Assembly: GCA_963766075.1 (NCBI GenBank)
Contig: CAVYAN010000008.1
Span: 33,953 to 97,952, forward strand
DNA length: 64,000 bases
Direction: 5' to 3'
Origin: an uncultured cyanobacterium
Lineage (GTDB): Bacteria > Cyanobacteriota > Cyanobacteriia > Leptolyngbyales > Leptolyngbyaceae
Part shown: positions 10,490 through 21,523 of the stretch, piece after piece
Position numbering within the stretch: position 1 is the stretch's first letter
Layout of the letters: every line of letters begins with the position of its first letter
The notes under the pieces: generated by a model
Told to the model about the DNA's origin: nothing
Seen by the model: only the letters and a program-made list of their open reading frames with translations
The model's database searches: none
Position numbers and translations under genes: made by a program

Positions 10490-11109
10490 GGGGTGCAACC
10501 TCGACTTGATTTAACGTTTGAATCGTGGTGTTGCTCAGTGATGAAAACCAAAGGTGCAGTCATGGGCGTTCAATTACTGAGCATTGAAGGGTCGCAAGTA
10601 ACGATAGAAGTAAGGATAGAACTGAGTTGTTCGATGCTGACGAGTGAAGAAAAATATCCAGCAAAACCTGAACAAGGTCGGTTGTATTGCCACAGCAGCG
10701 GCGCTCAAATATTTGGATACCGACGGCTCAGCGATAGCGATAGCGATAGCCGGAGAAGTGATGCGCACTAAAGGTGAACAGCCGAAAGCGTATCAAACTC
10801 CGTATGGGGAAGTTGTGGTTGAACGCCATGTCTATCAACGCTCAGGTAGTGGCAAGACCTATTGTCCGTTGGAGAGAGCGGGTAGAATCATCATCACGTC
10901 AACGCCTCTGTATGCTGCTATGCGACACCGGATGGCGAGAGGCCAAACGCTATCCGATTGGCTCGGGTGTGACTGAAGCGGCTTGTAAAACGGTCATTAA
11001 ACAACGCTTGTGCTGTTCTGGCATGCGATGAAAAGAAGCGGGTGCCGCTGTCGTGCTGAGTTTAAGAACGTTAGTCTTAACGCCGACGCTATGAAATCAA
11101 TTCTGGAAT
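10490..11109 (+). mobile_element. Degenerate, internally deleted ISKra4/ISLre2-like transposase remnant
   Basis: YQTPYGEVVVERHVYQ N-terminal block joined to PIGSGVTEAACKTVIKQRL C-terminal block; stops and frameshifts. Confidence 0.75.
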
Positions 11110-12676
11110 GTAACTACTCAGGCTGAGGGTACAAGGTCGGTGTCTTTCCGGAGAACAGGTCAATCAGCGCCTGAAAAACAGGACGCTTTTGTTTACGCCA
11201 GGTTGAAATAGCACTGCGAATGCGGCAGAACATTTTGGCCCCGTCCTTTGAGCGGAAGCCACCGGATATTTTTTGCTTCAACTTAACCATGCGCAAGTCA
11301 CGCTCAGCTAAATTGTTGTCAAAAGGAACCGCAAAATCGTGGAGAAAGCCAAGAACAGGCGCCTGTTGATCTCGCAAGCGCTCTAGAAGATTGCGCATGG
11401 GGGATTGCTTCGGTCGTCCTCTCGATTTCGGCGCATCCGGCGGGCGCTCGACGCGTGGATTGGCCGCCAGTCCCTGAGCTAAAATGGACTCATAGCGGGT
11501 TGTTAACGCGGTCAGTTGGTCAGCATCTAAAGCCCCGTGTCCTTGCGCCTGAGCGCTCTGCACGAGAGTCAGACTGGTGACCAACAGCAAAATCATCTGA
11601 TAGGCCCACCCCTGTTGATAGCGCTCGAACAGAAACTGCAACTCCCGTAAATGGTGGGCATTACAGAGGAAATGCGCGCAAGCATAGCTGAGATAGCTTT
11701 TCCAACCATCATGCACGGCTTTGCCCTGAAACGCGGGCCAGATCCCGATTTCATCAAGCGCCGTTTGACCCCGTTTGGCATGGACAAAGTAGTAGGTTAG
11801 TCCCGACGTACAGGCCACATGCAACCAATTCAACTGGCCCTGCACCCGCATCCCCGTTTCATCCCCGTGTAAAACCTCTGCTTGAATCAGGGCCGCGTGA
11901 ATCGCTTCATCCAGCGGCGCGAGGTTCTCAAAACACTGCCTCCGAGTAGTGAACAGCGTGCCTTCAGACAAGGGCACACCCATGAGTTCAGCGATGACCT
12001 CACAACTGCGTTGGGCAGGCAATAGCTGTCCCTCCATGAGATACATCATGGCTGCTTTCAGACGGGGACCATATTGCACAACCGTGGTCACCTCGGCCGG
12101 AAATTCACCCTGGTTGAATGTCCCACAATGGGGACAGGTTTTCTCTTGCGCTTGATGTTCCACCACGACCAATTCAATCGGCGGCAGGTCAAACACTTGG
12201 CGCGACAGCACTGATGCTACTGGCACCGACGCCAGTGATTGGCCACAACCTTGGCATTGATGCACCGGATGAATTTCGATGTGATCCGCTACCTCTCGCC
12301 ATTCCAACGTGCTACCCGGATGATCCGCTTGCCCACCACTCGGCTTGTCACTTTTTGTGCGCAAACTTCGCGTCCGCTTGCCAAACCCATCGCCTGAAGG
12401 AGGCTTACTGCTGTTACGACTCGTCTTGCTCAAGCGATTTTCCAGATCTGTGATCCGCGTTTCAAGTTTCTCAACTTTGCCTAACACCTCTGTAAACCAC
12501 ACATACAGAGCATCCTCTCCTTGCTCATACAGCGCATGGAACTCTTCTCGACTGATCTGGGTAGGGCGCTTGGCTTGGCTCACAACAAAACTCGATTTGC
12601 AACGATTGCCTTGAACTTACTAGTTCTGACTCAGTTTCAGAACATTCCTTTGCATTTCTTAAGCCTGAGTAGTTAC
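11110..12676 (-). mobile_element. IS66-family element, single-ORF (ISBst12-like) type; transposase 11114-12583
   Basis: TIR GTAACTACTCAG/CTGAGTAGTTAC; SRNSSKPPS, HGDETG, CNAHHLREL, DNNLAERDLR. Confidence 0.95.
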
Positions 12677-13097
12677 CCTGGATTGAATATGGTCTCAAGC
12701 AAGCTAAAGATGCTTTAGGTTGGGCAGACTTTCGCATGACAAGCTATGAGCAGATTGAAAAGTGGTGGGAGTTGGTCATGAGTGCGTTTTTGATGGTCAG
12801 TTTGTTTGCCGACCAGTTCAACGATTCGTGTCCACTTGCCCATCAACAGTTTGCACGACATCCCTGGTGGGACAACCAAAGCGGTTGGAAGAACGTACTC
12901 AACAACCTGCGCTTAATCATCCAACCGTTAATTTGTTTCAACTGGCTCAAACGGTGGTTAGAGGTCTTTCCGCTCGCCTCATTGCAAACCGGGTTTGAAC
13001 AATTGACACGCAAAATGGATGCGTTCATCTGCCCATTGGTGCATGAGTTAAATCTGCAACTCATCTTTTCATCTGCTTAGAGTGACCAAAGAGGGAT
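12677..13097 (+). mobile_element. IS701-family transposase C-terminal remnant
   Basis: WIEYGLKQAKDALGWADFR..IEKWWELVMSAF; begins abruptly at the IS66 end. Confidence 0.8.
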
Positions 13098-13825
13098 ATT
13101 CTTGGCTCATATTTTTCAAAAAAAAACATTCCCCTGCTGCATGAGGATTTCGATTTCCTTACAAATGACGACGATTTAGAGAAGCTTATCTATTTATTGT
13201 CAGAGTTTGGGAAGTATGCTCGATATCACAATCTCGACGTAGTTACTTCAGCAGCAAAACCTAGCATTAATGTTAAACAATTGTGGGAGGAATATGAGAG
13301 TAACCTTATTACCTCAAACCCTGAAATTTTAGAGAAATTGGGAAACTTGGAAGCCACAGAAGAAGTGATAAGTTATACAAAACGACAAATTCTGATTAAA
13401 CTAGAAAAGTTCACTCGGGCTATTTGTCGACAATTCACAATTGGTCAACCAGGGAAAAAAGCCTTGCAATATTCCCCCACTTTATACAAATTTATACTTC
13501 TTAAAGATGAAGACTTAGGTAACCAGAATTATCGGTTAGAAACAACTAGATATCAAAAAAGAACAGAAGGTTCATCAGCGAACACTAGTTAACGAGCTTC
13601 AGCGAACATATAATCCTCGTTATCGTTATGCAATTGTTAGAAAAGAGAATTTTGATGGAGACTGGCCCTTCTACCATGATGAGGTAACTATCGAGTGTCG
13701 TGAAAGATATTGGTGTGTGGTGACTATTGAGAATAAGGATTATGCCTTAAATGGATCTGCCGCAGGACGATATAAACTTGAAAGTGCACATGATGCTGGT
13801 ATGGCAATTTTAGGAAAGTCTTGTG
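13098..13825 (+). pseudogene. AT-rich gene remnant truncated at both ends by IS and frameshifted near 13560; N-part HEPN-like, C-part YebY/DUF2511-like (tentative)
   Basis: LSEFGKYARYHNLD; alternate frame WPFYHDEVTIECRE...YALNGSA. Confidence 0.5.
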
Positions 13826-15044
13826 GGGAGCATCTCACCTTTGCAATGAGCATAAATGCTTAGTGATAATTTCATCGAAATACGACAAAATTGAGTCACT
13901 GATTTGAGGCTTTGCCGCCATGACGCCTGAAGAATTACAAAAAATAGAATACCATGCCAACCAAATTGCCCAAATTCTCTATTCTGATACGGATCCGAAA
14001 GTGATTCAGACCTTGGGGGATATTGAAACTACCGTTCGTCAGCAAATCCTGCAGCATGTCAGCCCTCCTATCGGTGTTTTTTTGTCAAAAATGCCACCGA
14101 AATCGAAACGGGAAGAAAGCGAAACATCAAAACAACAATCGGGAATCTTGAAATCACGGAACGTCAAGCCCAACACCTCAATGTAAAACCCTATACTCAA
14201 ATCAGTGAGCACTTAGAAAACTGCTGTCTACTCGTGAGTGCAAATAGCTCTTATGCACGTTCACAAGAAGATTTAGCAATTCTAATGGGAATAGATATTT
14301 CTCATAGTACTCATCATAGATTAGTGAATCGTCAGGAATTTAAGGGAATCATTTCTGAAACCACTATTGAATCAATGAGTTTAGATGGCGGAAAAGCTAG
14401 AATCCGCACCCCCAAGGGTGAAGTGTCTATTTACAAAGATTACAAAGCCGTGGTTTTAGAAGGTCAAGGGATCGGGGGATATTTCCAAAAAAATGAGGCG
14501 TTGATTGATTGGGTCAATAGCCAACCCTTAGCCACCACGGTTTCCTGTTTAGGCGATGGGCATGATGGGATTTGGAATGTATTTCGTGCGGTGGCGGTTC
14601 CAGAACAGCGGCGTGAAATTCTGGATTGGTACCATTTGGTCGAGAATTTGCACAAAGTGGGTGGCTCGAACAATCGCTTAAATCAGGTGGAAGCCTTGTT
14701 ATGGACTGGCAAAGTCGAGGCGGCGATGGCGCTGTTCTCCGATTGCACTCTTGATACCGTGCCCAATTTCATCACCTATCTGACCAAGCATCGGCATCGG
14801 ATTCCGAATTATGACTATTTACAGTCAGAAGGATTCACCATTGGCTCGGGTGGCGTGGAATCTGGAATTAAACAAATTAGTCGCCGGGTGAAAATTTCAG
14901 GAGCACAATGGGAGGCGAAGAATGTCGATCAAGTCGTAAAACATCGGTGTGCCTACCTAAATGGTCAATTTTCAACGCATTTTCAGCTTTCCAGGGCGAT
15001 ATGATCACAAGTATTTCTACTCATCGCAAAGGTGAGATGCTCCC
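13826..15044 (+). mobile_element. ISKra4-family IS (ISMich2-like), copy 1, 1219 bp, two ORFs joined by a frameshift
   Basis: TIR GGGAGCATCTCACCTTTGC; ORFs 13920-14186 and 14234-15004; LDGG, GDG, DWYH, IGSGGVES; T7 slip site. Confidence 0.95.
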
Positions 15045-15253
15045 TACAGAAATGCCTATTTCGCCAAGATTGTCTGCACAAGTCAGTGCAAATAAGAGAG
15101 CTTATAAAATTCTCTTATTTGTGCTTTATTAGCGTTCCACATCCCCTTTTCGTCGGCTTGCTTGGTGTTTTTTTAGTACGGCAGCTGAGCCGTGCCCAAG
15201 AGTGAGCGGCAAATTTCAGTTTGTAACCCTCAAACCTCGCAAAGAGTCCTAAC

Positions 15254-15499
15254 ATGATGGAGTTATATCAAGAAGTCGCATTACCTTGCGACTTACCAGA
15301 GTGTGGACTGAGAGCTGGAGATGTCGCAATATTGGTTGATTTTGTTCCCTATCCGAGCGATGGCGAAGGGGGCTGTGTGCTGGAAGTCTTTAATGCGATC
15401 GGTGAATCTTTTGAAGTGATTGCTGTCCCAATCTCTGTAGTAGAAGTTCTGCGCCCGGATGAAATTTTAACAGTCCGCCCCCTAGCAAAAGCGAGTTAA
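15254..15499 (+). CDS. DUF4926-family protein, preceded by a short 3' remnant (GKFQFVTLKPRKES*) of a partner gene
   Basis: ELYQEVAL..DLPE.GL.AGDV..LVD...LEVFNAIGE pattern. Confidence 0.75.
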   Translation: MMELYQEVALPCDLPECGLRAGDVAILVDFVPYPSDGEGGCVLEVFNAIGESFEVIAVPISVVEVLRPDEILTVRPLAKAS

Positions 15500-15525
15500 T
15501 GTTCAAAAGTATAATAGCTGTGGTG

Positions 15526-15612
15526 GTCTAACAAATCGTTGCAACGGCGGAATTAAGGATGGTTGGTAGAGATGCCAAAACTTATCGCCGCTGCTGAACT
15601 CAATCGTTATGC
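15526..15612 (+). other. Integron attC-like site 1 (87 bp)
   Basis: R'' GTCTAAC-aaatc-GTTGCAAC-GGCGG ... CCGCT-GCTGAAC-tcaatc-R' GTTATGC imperfect palindrome. Confidence 0.85.
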
Positions 15613-15680
15613 CGCTCAGTTTACCGTTGAGGCAATAAAATGCAAGCTGTCTCTTTAAGCAAATCTTCAATATCTATTGG

Positions 15681-16295
15681 TCACCTTTTCACTAAATAAG
15701 ATGACAGCATAGCCATAATTTCTTGTTCAAGTTCTCCATTGTTCAACAGTTCCGGACGATCAAGCATCGCCCCATGACTGAGCGCTTTAATCGTCCGCCC
15801 AACTATGAAAACAGTTAAATCTAGATTTTTAGGTTGAAGTTGATTGCATCGATGCGCCATAAACGATCGCAGCATTTTTTCCATCCTTTCATCATCTAGC
15901 TGTCGCATCTCCTCACTGCGGGGAATCTGTTCATGTAGAACGCGATGGAGCTTAGGATTCACGGCATGAGCCGCCAACGCCGCTTTGACAATCTGCTGAA
16001 GCACATCAATGATAGAGCTATCTTCTAGCCCTGCTAAATGCTGCTGAGCTATCTGCGCCATTTCATTGGCATAATGTTCCGTCAAAGCAAAAATCAGAGA
16101 TTCCTTATTCGGAAAATATTGATACAGTGAGCCGATACTTACGCCTGCCAGTTCGGCTACTCGATTTGTGGTGAGATGGTCGTATCCTTTTTCGGTCAAA
16201 ATGTGAGTCGTTGCCGTGAGAATGGCTTCAACGGTCGCTTGAGAACGTTCCTGTTTTGGTAGTTTACGCGGTGTGGCTGGGGGCTTATGTGGCAT
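15681..16295 (-). CDS. TetR/AcrR-family regulator
   Basis: PRKLPKQERSQATVEAIL, VAELAGVSIGSLYQYFPNKESL. Confidence 0.95.
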   Translation of the reverse strand: MPHKPPATPRKLPKQERSQATVEAILTATTHILTEKGYDHLTTNRVAELAGVSIGSLYQYFPNKESLIFALTEHYANEMAQIAQQHLAGLEDSSIIDVLQQIVKAALAAHAVNPKLHRVLHEQIPRSEEMRQLDDERMEKMLRSFMAHRCNQLQPKNLDLTVFIVGRTIKALSHGAMLDRPELLNNGELEQEIMAMLSSYLVKR

Positions 16296-16414
16296 GAGTA
16301 AGTATCAAAAAAATGCGAGTTGTCAGGCGATCGCGATCGCTCGTAAAGTATGAGTAATCATTCACATTATACGCAGTGAGTCTCACCGCTTGCAGCGCCA
16401 CAGGAGTACTATTC

Positions 16415-17689
16415 ATGCGTATTGCGATTATTGCGCTGGGATCTCGCGGCGATGTTCAACCCTATATTGCTTTAGGCAAGGGCTTGAAAACAGCGGGGCA
16501 TTACGTCCGATTGATAAGCCATGAAAACTTTGAACAACTGGTTAGTTCTCATGACCTAGAATTCTGGTCAGCTAAGGGTGACGTGCAAGAAATCATGGAA
16601 AGTCCAGAAATGCGCGATCTATTGGAAAAAGGGAATTTTCTTGCTATTACAGCGTATACGGCAAAAGCATCCAAACAAGCGGCGATTGACTGGGCGCACG
16701 ATGGGTTAGCCGCTTGTCAGGGCATGGAATTGCTGCTTGCAGGCGTGGGTGGGCTGTTTCTAGGTCTTGCCCTTGCCGAAAAATTAAAGCTGCCCTTGCT
16801 TCAGGCATATGTCTTTCCCTTTACGCCAACATCAGTTTTTCCCGCTCCCCTTTTCCCTCAGTTTGTATCCAAACTCGGCGGATATGTGAATCGGTTGTCT
16901 CATCATTTATTCCGACAGATCATGTGGCAGGGGTCTCGCACGGGCGATGGGATAGCACGACAGCAAGTTCTGGGCTTGCCCGCCGCCCCATTTTGGGGAC
17001 TCTACAATTCACCCCCGCTCCAGCGCTATTCAATTCTCTATGGTTTCAGTCCGTCCATAATCCCTAAACCATCAGATTGGCGTAATACCCATGTCACTGG
17101 CTATTGGTTCTTGGATGAGGCACCTAATTGGACTCCACCAGCAGCCTTGGTGGAGTTTCTGCAAAGTGGCTCGCCGCCTGTGTATGTTGGGTTTGGAAGT
17201 ATGAGGAGTCAAAATCCAGAAGAAACGGCAGATCTAGTCTTAAAAGCGATCTCTCTCACGGGGCAACGCGCCATATTGCAATCGGGTTGGGGTGGTCTGA
17301 ATAAGAACCATTTACCAGATACAGTTTTTATGGTGGATTCAATCTCCCATTCATGGCTCTTCCCACGTGTCGCGGCTGTCGTCCATCATGGTGGTGCTGG
17401 GACAACAGCCGCTGGACTCAGAGCGGGAGTTCCGACCATCGTAATTCCGTTCTTTGGCGATCAGCCCTTTTGGGGACAGCGCGTTGCAGAATTAGGGGTT
17501 GGACCAAAACTGATTCCTCGCAAAAAACTAACGGCTGAAAGACTTGCAGAAGCGATTCACATCGCGATGACCAATCGATCGATGCGTCAGTGTGCAGCCA
17601 AGCTAGGGGCGAAAATTCGAGCCGAAGATGGTATTGCCAGTGCGGTTGCCATCGTAAAGGAAATCGAAAAGCGTGGGGTTAACTACTGA
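16415..17689 (+). CDS. GT1-family glycosyltransferase (sterol/secondary-metabolite glucosyltransferase-like)
   Basis: GSRGDVQPYIALG, HHGGAGTT, PFFGDQPFWG; RBS CAGGAG upstream of ATG 16415. Confidence 0.92.
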   Translation: MRIAIIALGSRGDVQPYIALGKGLKTAGHYVRLISHENFEQLVSSHDLEFWSAKGDVQEIMESPEMRDLLEKGNFLAITAYTAKASKQAAIDWAHDGLAACQGMELLLAGVGGLFLGLALAEKLKLPLLQAYVFPFTPTSVFPAPLFPQFVSKLGGYVNRLSHHLFRQIMWQGSRTGDGIARQQVLGLPAAPFWGLYNSPPLQRYSILYGFSPSIIPKPSDWRNTHVTGYWFLDEAPNWTPPAALVEFLQSGSPPVYVGFGSMRSQNPEETADLVLKAISLTGQRAILQSGWGGLNKNHLPDTVFMVDSISHSWLFPRVAAVVHHGGAGTTAAGLRAGVPTIVIPFFGDQPFWGQRVAELGVGPKLIPRKKLTAERLAEAIHIAMTNRSMRQCAAKLGAKIRAEDGIASAVAIVKEIEKRGVNY

Positions 17690-17723
17690 CAATTTGGATT
17701 CTGTTATTAATCCCAAAATAACT

Positions 17724-18278
17724 ATGTCATTAGAAATCATTCTCATTGGTCCCATCGGTGCTGGCAAATCTAGTGTCGCTGAGCTTTTAAGCAGTCGGCT
17801 GAGTCTTCCACAACAATCAATGGATGAACGACGCTGGGACTACTACAAGGAAATTGGATATGACGAAGATCTGGCAAAGCACAAAAGAGAAACCAAAGGA
17901 TTCCGGGAAGTTTATCAATATTGGAAGCCTTTTGAAGCATATGCTGTGGAAAGACTGCTATCGGAGCATCACAATTGTGTCATTGATTTTGGTGCGAGTC
18001 ACTCTGTTTATGAAGATGTTGCTTTATTTCAGAGGGTTGAGTCAGTGTTAGCCCCATATCCCAATATTGTTCTTCTACTTCCATCTCCTGATTTAGATGA
18101 GTCGATACGGATACTGAATGAGCGGAATGATTATATATCCGATAGCAGTTCCAATATCAATGAATATTTTGTCAGGCATCCTTCAAATCATAAGCTTGCA
18201 AAATTTACGACTTACACGAAGGCAAAGGCAATAGAAGAAACTTGCAATGAAATTTTGAGTCTGACAGGCACGGCGTAA
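17724..18278 (+). CDS. Shikimate-kinase-like P-loop kinase
   Basis: IILIGPIGAGKSS Walker A, VIDFGASH; stop TAA lies inside the attC R'' box. Confidence 0.8.
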   Translation: MSLEIILIGPIGAGKSSVAELLSSRLSLPQQSMDERRWDYYKEIGYDEDLAKHKRETKGFREVYQYWKPFEAYAVERLLSEHHNCVIDFGASHSVYEDVALFQRVESVLAPYPNIVLLLPSPDLDESIRILNERNDYISDSSSNINEYFVRHPSNHKLAKFTTYTKAKAIEETCNEILSLTGTA

Positions 18279-18361
18279 CAACGCCCATGCACACCGACCG
18301 CCGAGAGTCGATTGGTTATGATGTAAAGGTTACTAGCGGCGGGTAATGGGCAACGTTATGC
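18273..18361 (+). other. Integron attC-like site 2 (89 bp)
   Basis: GCGTAAC-aacgcccATGCACaccgaccgccg ... cggcgggtaATGGGCaac-GTTATGC. Confidence 0.85.
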
Positions 18362-18408
18362 TGTCGGCATTGTATGCTTTTCTGTAATTCTAAGGCGCTA
18401 GATCATCC

Positions 18409-19599
18409 TTGCTAAAAGTAATCATCATTGGGGGTGGAATTGGGGGATTGACCCTGGCGCGTGCCTGTTTAGATGTAGGCATTGCGGTCGAGCTCTATGA
18501 AAAGCGCCCGCTGAATGCAATGCTGTCAGGACCGGGTGGCATTTTCATTCAGCGAAACGCCCTGCGGGTCTATAAGCTCCTGTGGGGAGGAAAAATATAC
18601 GATCGCCTCTCCCAGCAAGGCGGAACCATTCTGAAAGGCGGCTTCTTCAGTAAAAGCGGCGAACCGCTCTACATCAATTCCCCGCAATTTGTTCAAGAAG
18701 ATAACCTGGGGATTTGTTTACTGCGAGCAGAGTTGCAGCAAATTCTCTACACAGCGCTGCCAGAAGGTACGGTCCGCCCTGGATATGCCTTCGAGGGCTT
18801 TGAAGAGCAGGGAGACAGTCTACGCGTTGTCTTTCGGGACGGCAGCAGCACAGAAGGAGACATCCTTGTTGGTGCCGATGGGCTGTATTCTACCGTGCGG
18901 GCTCGTCTGAGTGGCAAAGACCGATTGGAGCCTCCCATCTATAGCGGCACGTGCTGTTGGCGAGGCTATTTTGATGGGACTGGGTTACCCCTAGATGACC
19001 AATACAGTTGGGCAGAATTTTGGGGGCAGGGCGATCGCTTTGGTTATTTTGATGTCGGCTCCGGGCGCTGCTCCTTTTATGCCTTTGCCAACGTGGCTGC
19101 GGGGGGAAACGATGACAGTGCGGGCGGGGCGTTAAATGCGTTGAAATCTCGGTTTTCTGGCTATGCCAGTCCAGTGCCCGCCATTCTCGAAGTGCTGGCT
19201 GACCAGCCGATCTACCGAGATGACATCTATGATCGCATCCCCCTGGGACGGGAATGGGGCCATGGACGGGTCACACTCATTGGCGATGCCGCACATCCGG
19301 TGCAACCCAGCATTGGTCAGGGGGGATGCATGGCGATTGAAGACGCTTTTGAAGTGGCGAAGCGGCTGTCTACGCAGGGACAGGAAGATGCCGTTCCAGT
19401 GTTGTTGCGCCAGTTTGAAGCGAGCCGCAGCGATCGCATCGCCCGTGTGTTCACCACTGCCCGCCAGGTCGGTCAGTTAGGGCAGGCGGAGGGCGCGATC
19501 GCCTGTTTTCTCCGCAACTGGATCTATAAACTTACCCCCACCCGACTGGCTGATCAACAGTTCAAATGGCTATTTGATTACGTTCCACGCTGGGATTAG
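18409..19599 (+). CDS. FAD-dependent monooxygenase (zeaxanthin epoxidase/salicylate hydroxylase-like)
   Basis: GGGIGG, LVGADG, LIGDAAHPVQPSIGQGGCMAIED. Confidence 0.9.
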   Translation: MLKVIIIGGGIGGLTLARACLDVGIAVELYEKRPLNAMLSGPGGIFIQRNALRVYKLLWGGKIYDRLSQQGGTILKGGFFSKSGEPLYINSPQFVQEDNLGICLLRAELQQILYTALPEGTVRPGYAFEGFEEQGDSLRVVFRDGSSTEGDILVGADGLYSTVRARLSGKDRLEPPIYSGTCCWRGYFDGTGLPLDDQYSWAEFWGQGDRFGYFDVGSGRCSFYAFANVAAGGNDDSAGGALNALKSRFSGYASPVPAILEVLADQPIYRDDIYDRIPLGREWGHGRVTLIGDAAHPVQPSIGQGGCMAIEDAFEVAKRLSTQGQEDAVPVLLRQFEASRSDRIARVFTTARQVGQLGQAEGAIACFLRNWIYKLTPTRLADQQFKWLFDYVPRWD

Positions 19600-19689
19600 G
19601 TGAGCACTGGGATGCAGTGAGCTAGGCTACCGACCAGATAGCGCGGGTATAGAGCGGGTCGGCTAGTCCGCAAGATGGCTGGCCACCGT

Positions 19690-21243
19690 TTACCAATCGT
19701 CGTCGTCATCGATTTCGGTCGTCGGTGGGCTGGGATGGCTGGCGGGTGGTATTGGACTCCACAGGGGCGATCGCTCCGCGGCCCGTGGCAATGCGTTGGG
19801 CGGTACGCCATAGGGCGGCGGCACCAATTCCAACTGCGGGGCTGCCTTTTTCGCAGACTTTTTCGTTGCTTGATAGGGCTGATTATGCCGTCGCCGGGAA
19901 ACGTTTTCTTCGCTCGTATCTTCAGCGATCACTTCGTAGAGCATGGCCAACTTATCGGGATCGTTTCCGCGCCGCAGCACGCGCCCCAAACGCTGAATAT
20001 GTTCGCGGGTGGATCCCGTGCCCGAAAGCACGATCGCCACCTTGGCATCGGGGACATCCACGCCTTCATTCAGCACCCGCGAAGCCACCAAAGCGCGGTA
20101 CTGCCCCTGCTTAAACTGGGTAAGAATGTCATGGCGTTCCTTGACGGCGGTTTGGTGGGTGATGGCGGGAATCAGGAGTTCCTGGGAAATGCGATAGACC
20201 GTGGCATTGTCATCGGTGAAGATCAGGGTGCGATCGGGGTGGTGCTTGGCCAGGAGGTCAGCCAACACCCGCAATTTGCCAGCGGTGCCAAAGGCAATGG
20301 CCCGAGCTTCTCGATGGGCCAGCATGGCACGGCGTCCGGCTTTGGATTGGGCGCTGGCTTGGACAAAGCGCTGCCAGCCCTGCACCGATCCCAGAAAGAT
20401 CTTGGCGCTCTGGAGAAATTCATTGCGCTGGGCGATCAGCTGATCGTAGCGATCGCGCTCCTGGGGCGACAGCCGCACCTTAATTTGCACCGCCTCATGG
20501 TTGGCCAAGGCACCGCCCGCTAGATCCTCGGCCCGCTTGCGATAGACCTCCGGGCCGATCAGCGTGGCCAGATCGGCGTGCTTGCCGTCGGTGCGTTCGG
20601 GGGTGGCGGTGAGGCCTAGGCGATAGGGCGCGATCGCATACTCCGCAATCACCCGATTAAAGTCACTGGGCAAATGATGGCACTCGTCAAACACCAGGAG
20701 GGCGTACTGATTGCCCAGGGTTTCGGCATGGATGGCGGCACTGTCGTAGGTGGCTACCAAAATAGCGGTGCGATCGCGGGAACCGCCCCCCAACAGGCCA
20801 ATCTCCGCATCGGGAAACGCCGCCACTAAATGGGCATACCACTGGTGCATCAAATCCAGGGTGGGCACCATGATCAGGGTGCTGTGCTGGGTGGCTTGCA
20901 TAGCCAGTTGAGCCAGATAGGTTTTGCCCGCAGCGGTCGGCAAAATCACGACGCCGCGTTGCTGAGACTGTTTCCAGGCATCCAGGGCCTCCTGCTGGTG
21001 GGGATAGGGCACCATTTCCACACTGGGCACCAGGGCCACTTCTCGAAAGGCTTTGGCTTTATCGGTGATTTCGGTGCTCGATTCGCGACAGGAGCGCAGG
21101 ACTTCAAGGTAGCGCAGGGCGGGAATGCGGAAGCGTTCGACTCGATCATCCCAGGCGGCGTAGTCCATCCAGGCTTTGCCTCGGGGCGGTGGATGCAGAA
21201 TCAAGGTGCCGCGATCGTAGGTCAACGTGGGAGTGCGAGCCAT
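19690..21243 (-). CDS. DEAD/DEAH-box SF2 helicase (XPB/Rad25-like)
   Basis: LPTAAGKT, FDECHH, LGLTATPER, QRLGRVLR. Confidence 0.92.
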   Translation of the reverse strand: MARTPTLTYDRGTLILHPPPRGKAWMDYAAWDDRVERFRIPALRYLEVLRSCRESSTEITDKAKAFREVALVPSVEMVPYPHQQEALDAWKQSQQRGVVILPTAAGKTYLAQLAMQATQHSTLIMVPTLDLMHQWYAHLVAAFPDAEIGLLGGGSRDRTAILVATYDSAAIHAETLGNQYALLVFDECHHLPSDFNRVIAEYAIAPYRLGLTATPERTDGKHADLATLIGPEVYRKRAEDLAGGALANHEAVQIKVRLSPQERDRYDQLIAQRNEFLQSAKIFLGSVQGWQRFVQASAQSKAGRRAMLAHREARAIAFGTAGKLRVLADLLAKHHPDRTLIFTDDNATVYRISQELLIPAITHQTAVKERHDILTQFKQGQYRALVASRVLNEGVDVPDAKVAIVLSGTGSTREHIQRLGRVLRRGNDPDKLAMLYEVIAEDTSEENVSRRRHNQPYQATKKSAKKAAPQLELVPPPYGVPPNALPRAAERSPLWSPIPPASHPSPPTTEIDDDDDW

Positions 21244-21523
21244 TACCCTGGTCCGGTAGGTCAATCTGTTTCCGAGTATGCCGTACTTTGTCGGCGATTT
21301 CGTTGCTATTTCTGTGCAACTTGGACGAGGAAAGAATGGGGACGGGTATGTTAAGGTATATAAATAATTATCTTTATGAAATCTATTCGGGTTTTGCCTA
21401 GAGGTTCTCGGCTTTTTTGCTCCGCCTGCTTTTGCGCCCTGCTCCGTTCACTCAACGTTGTCCTTAAATACGCCTTTAATCGCTGGTTTTGTCTGACCTG
21501 TACCCTAGAGTGATCCCGTTAGC

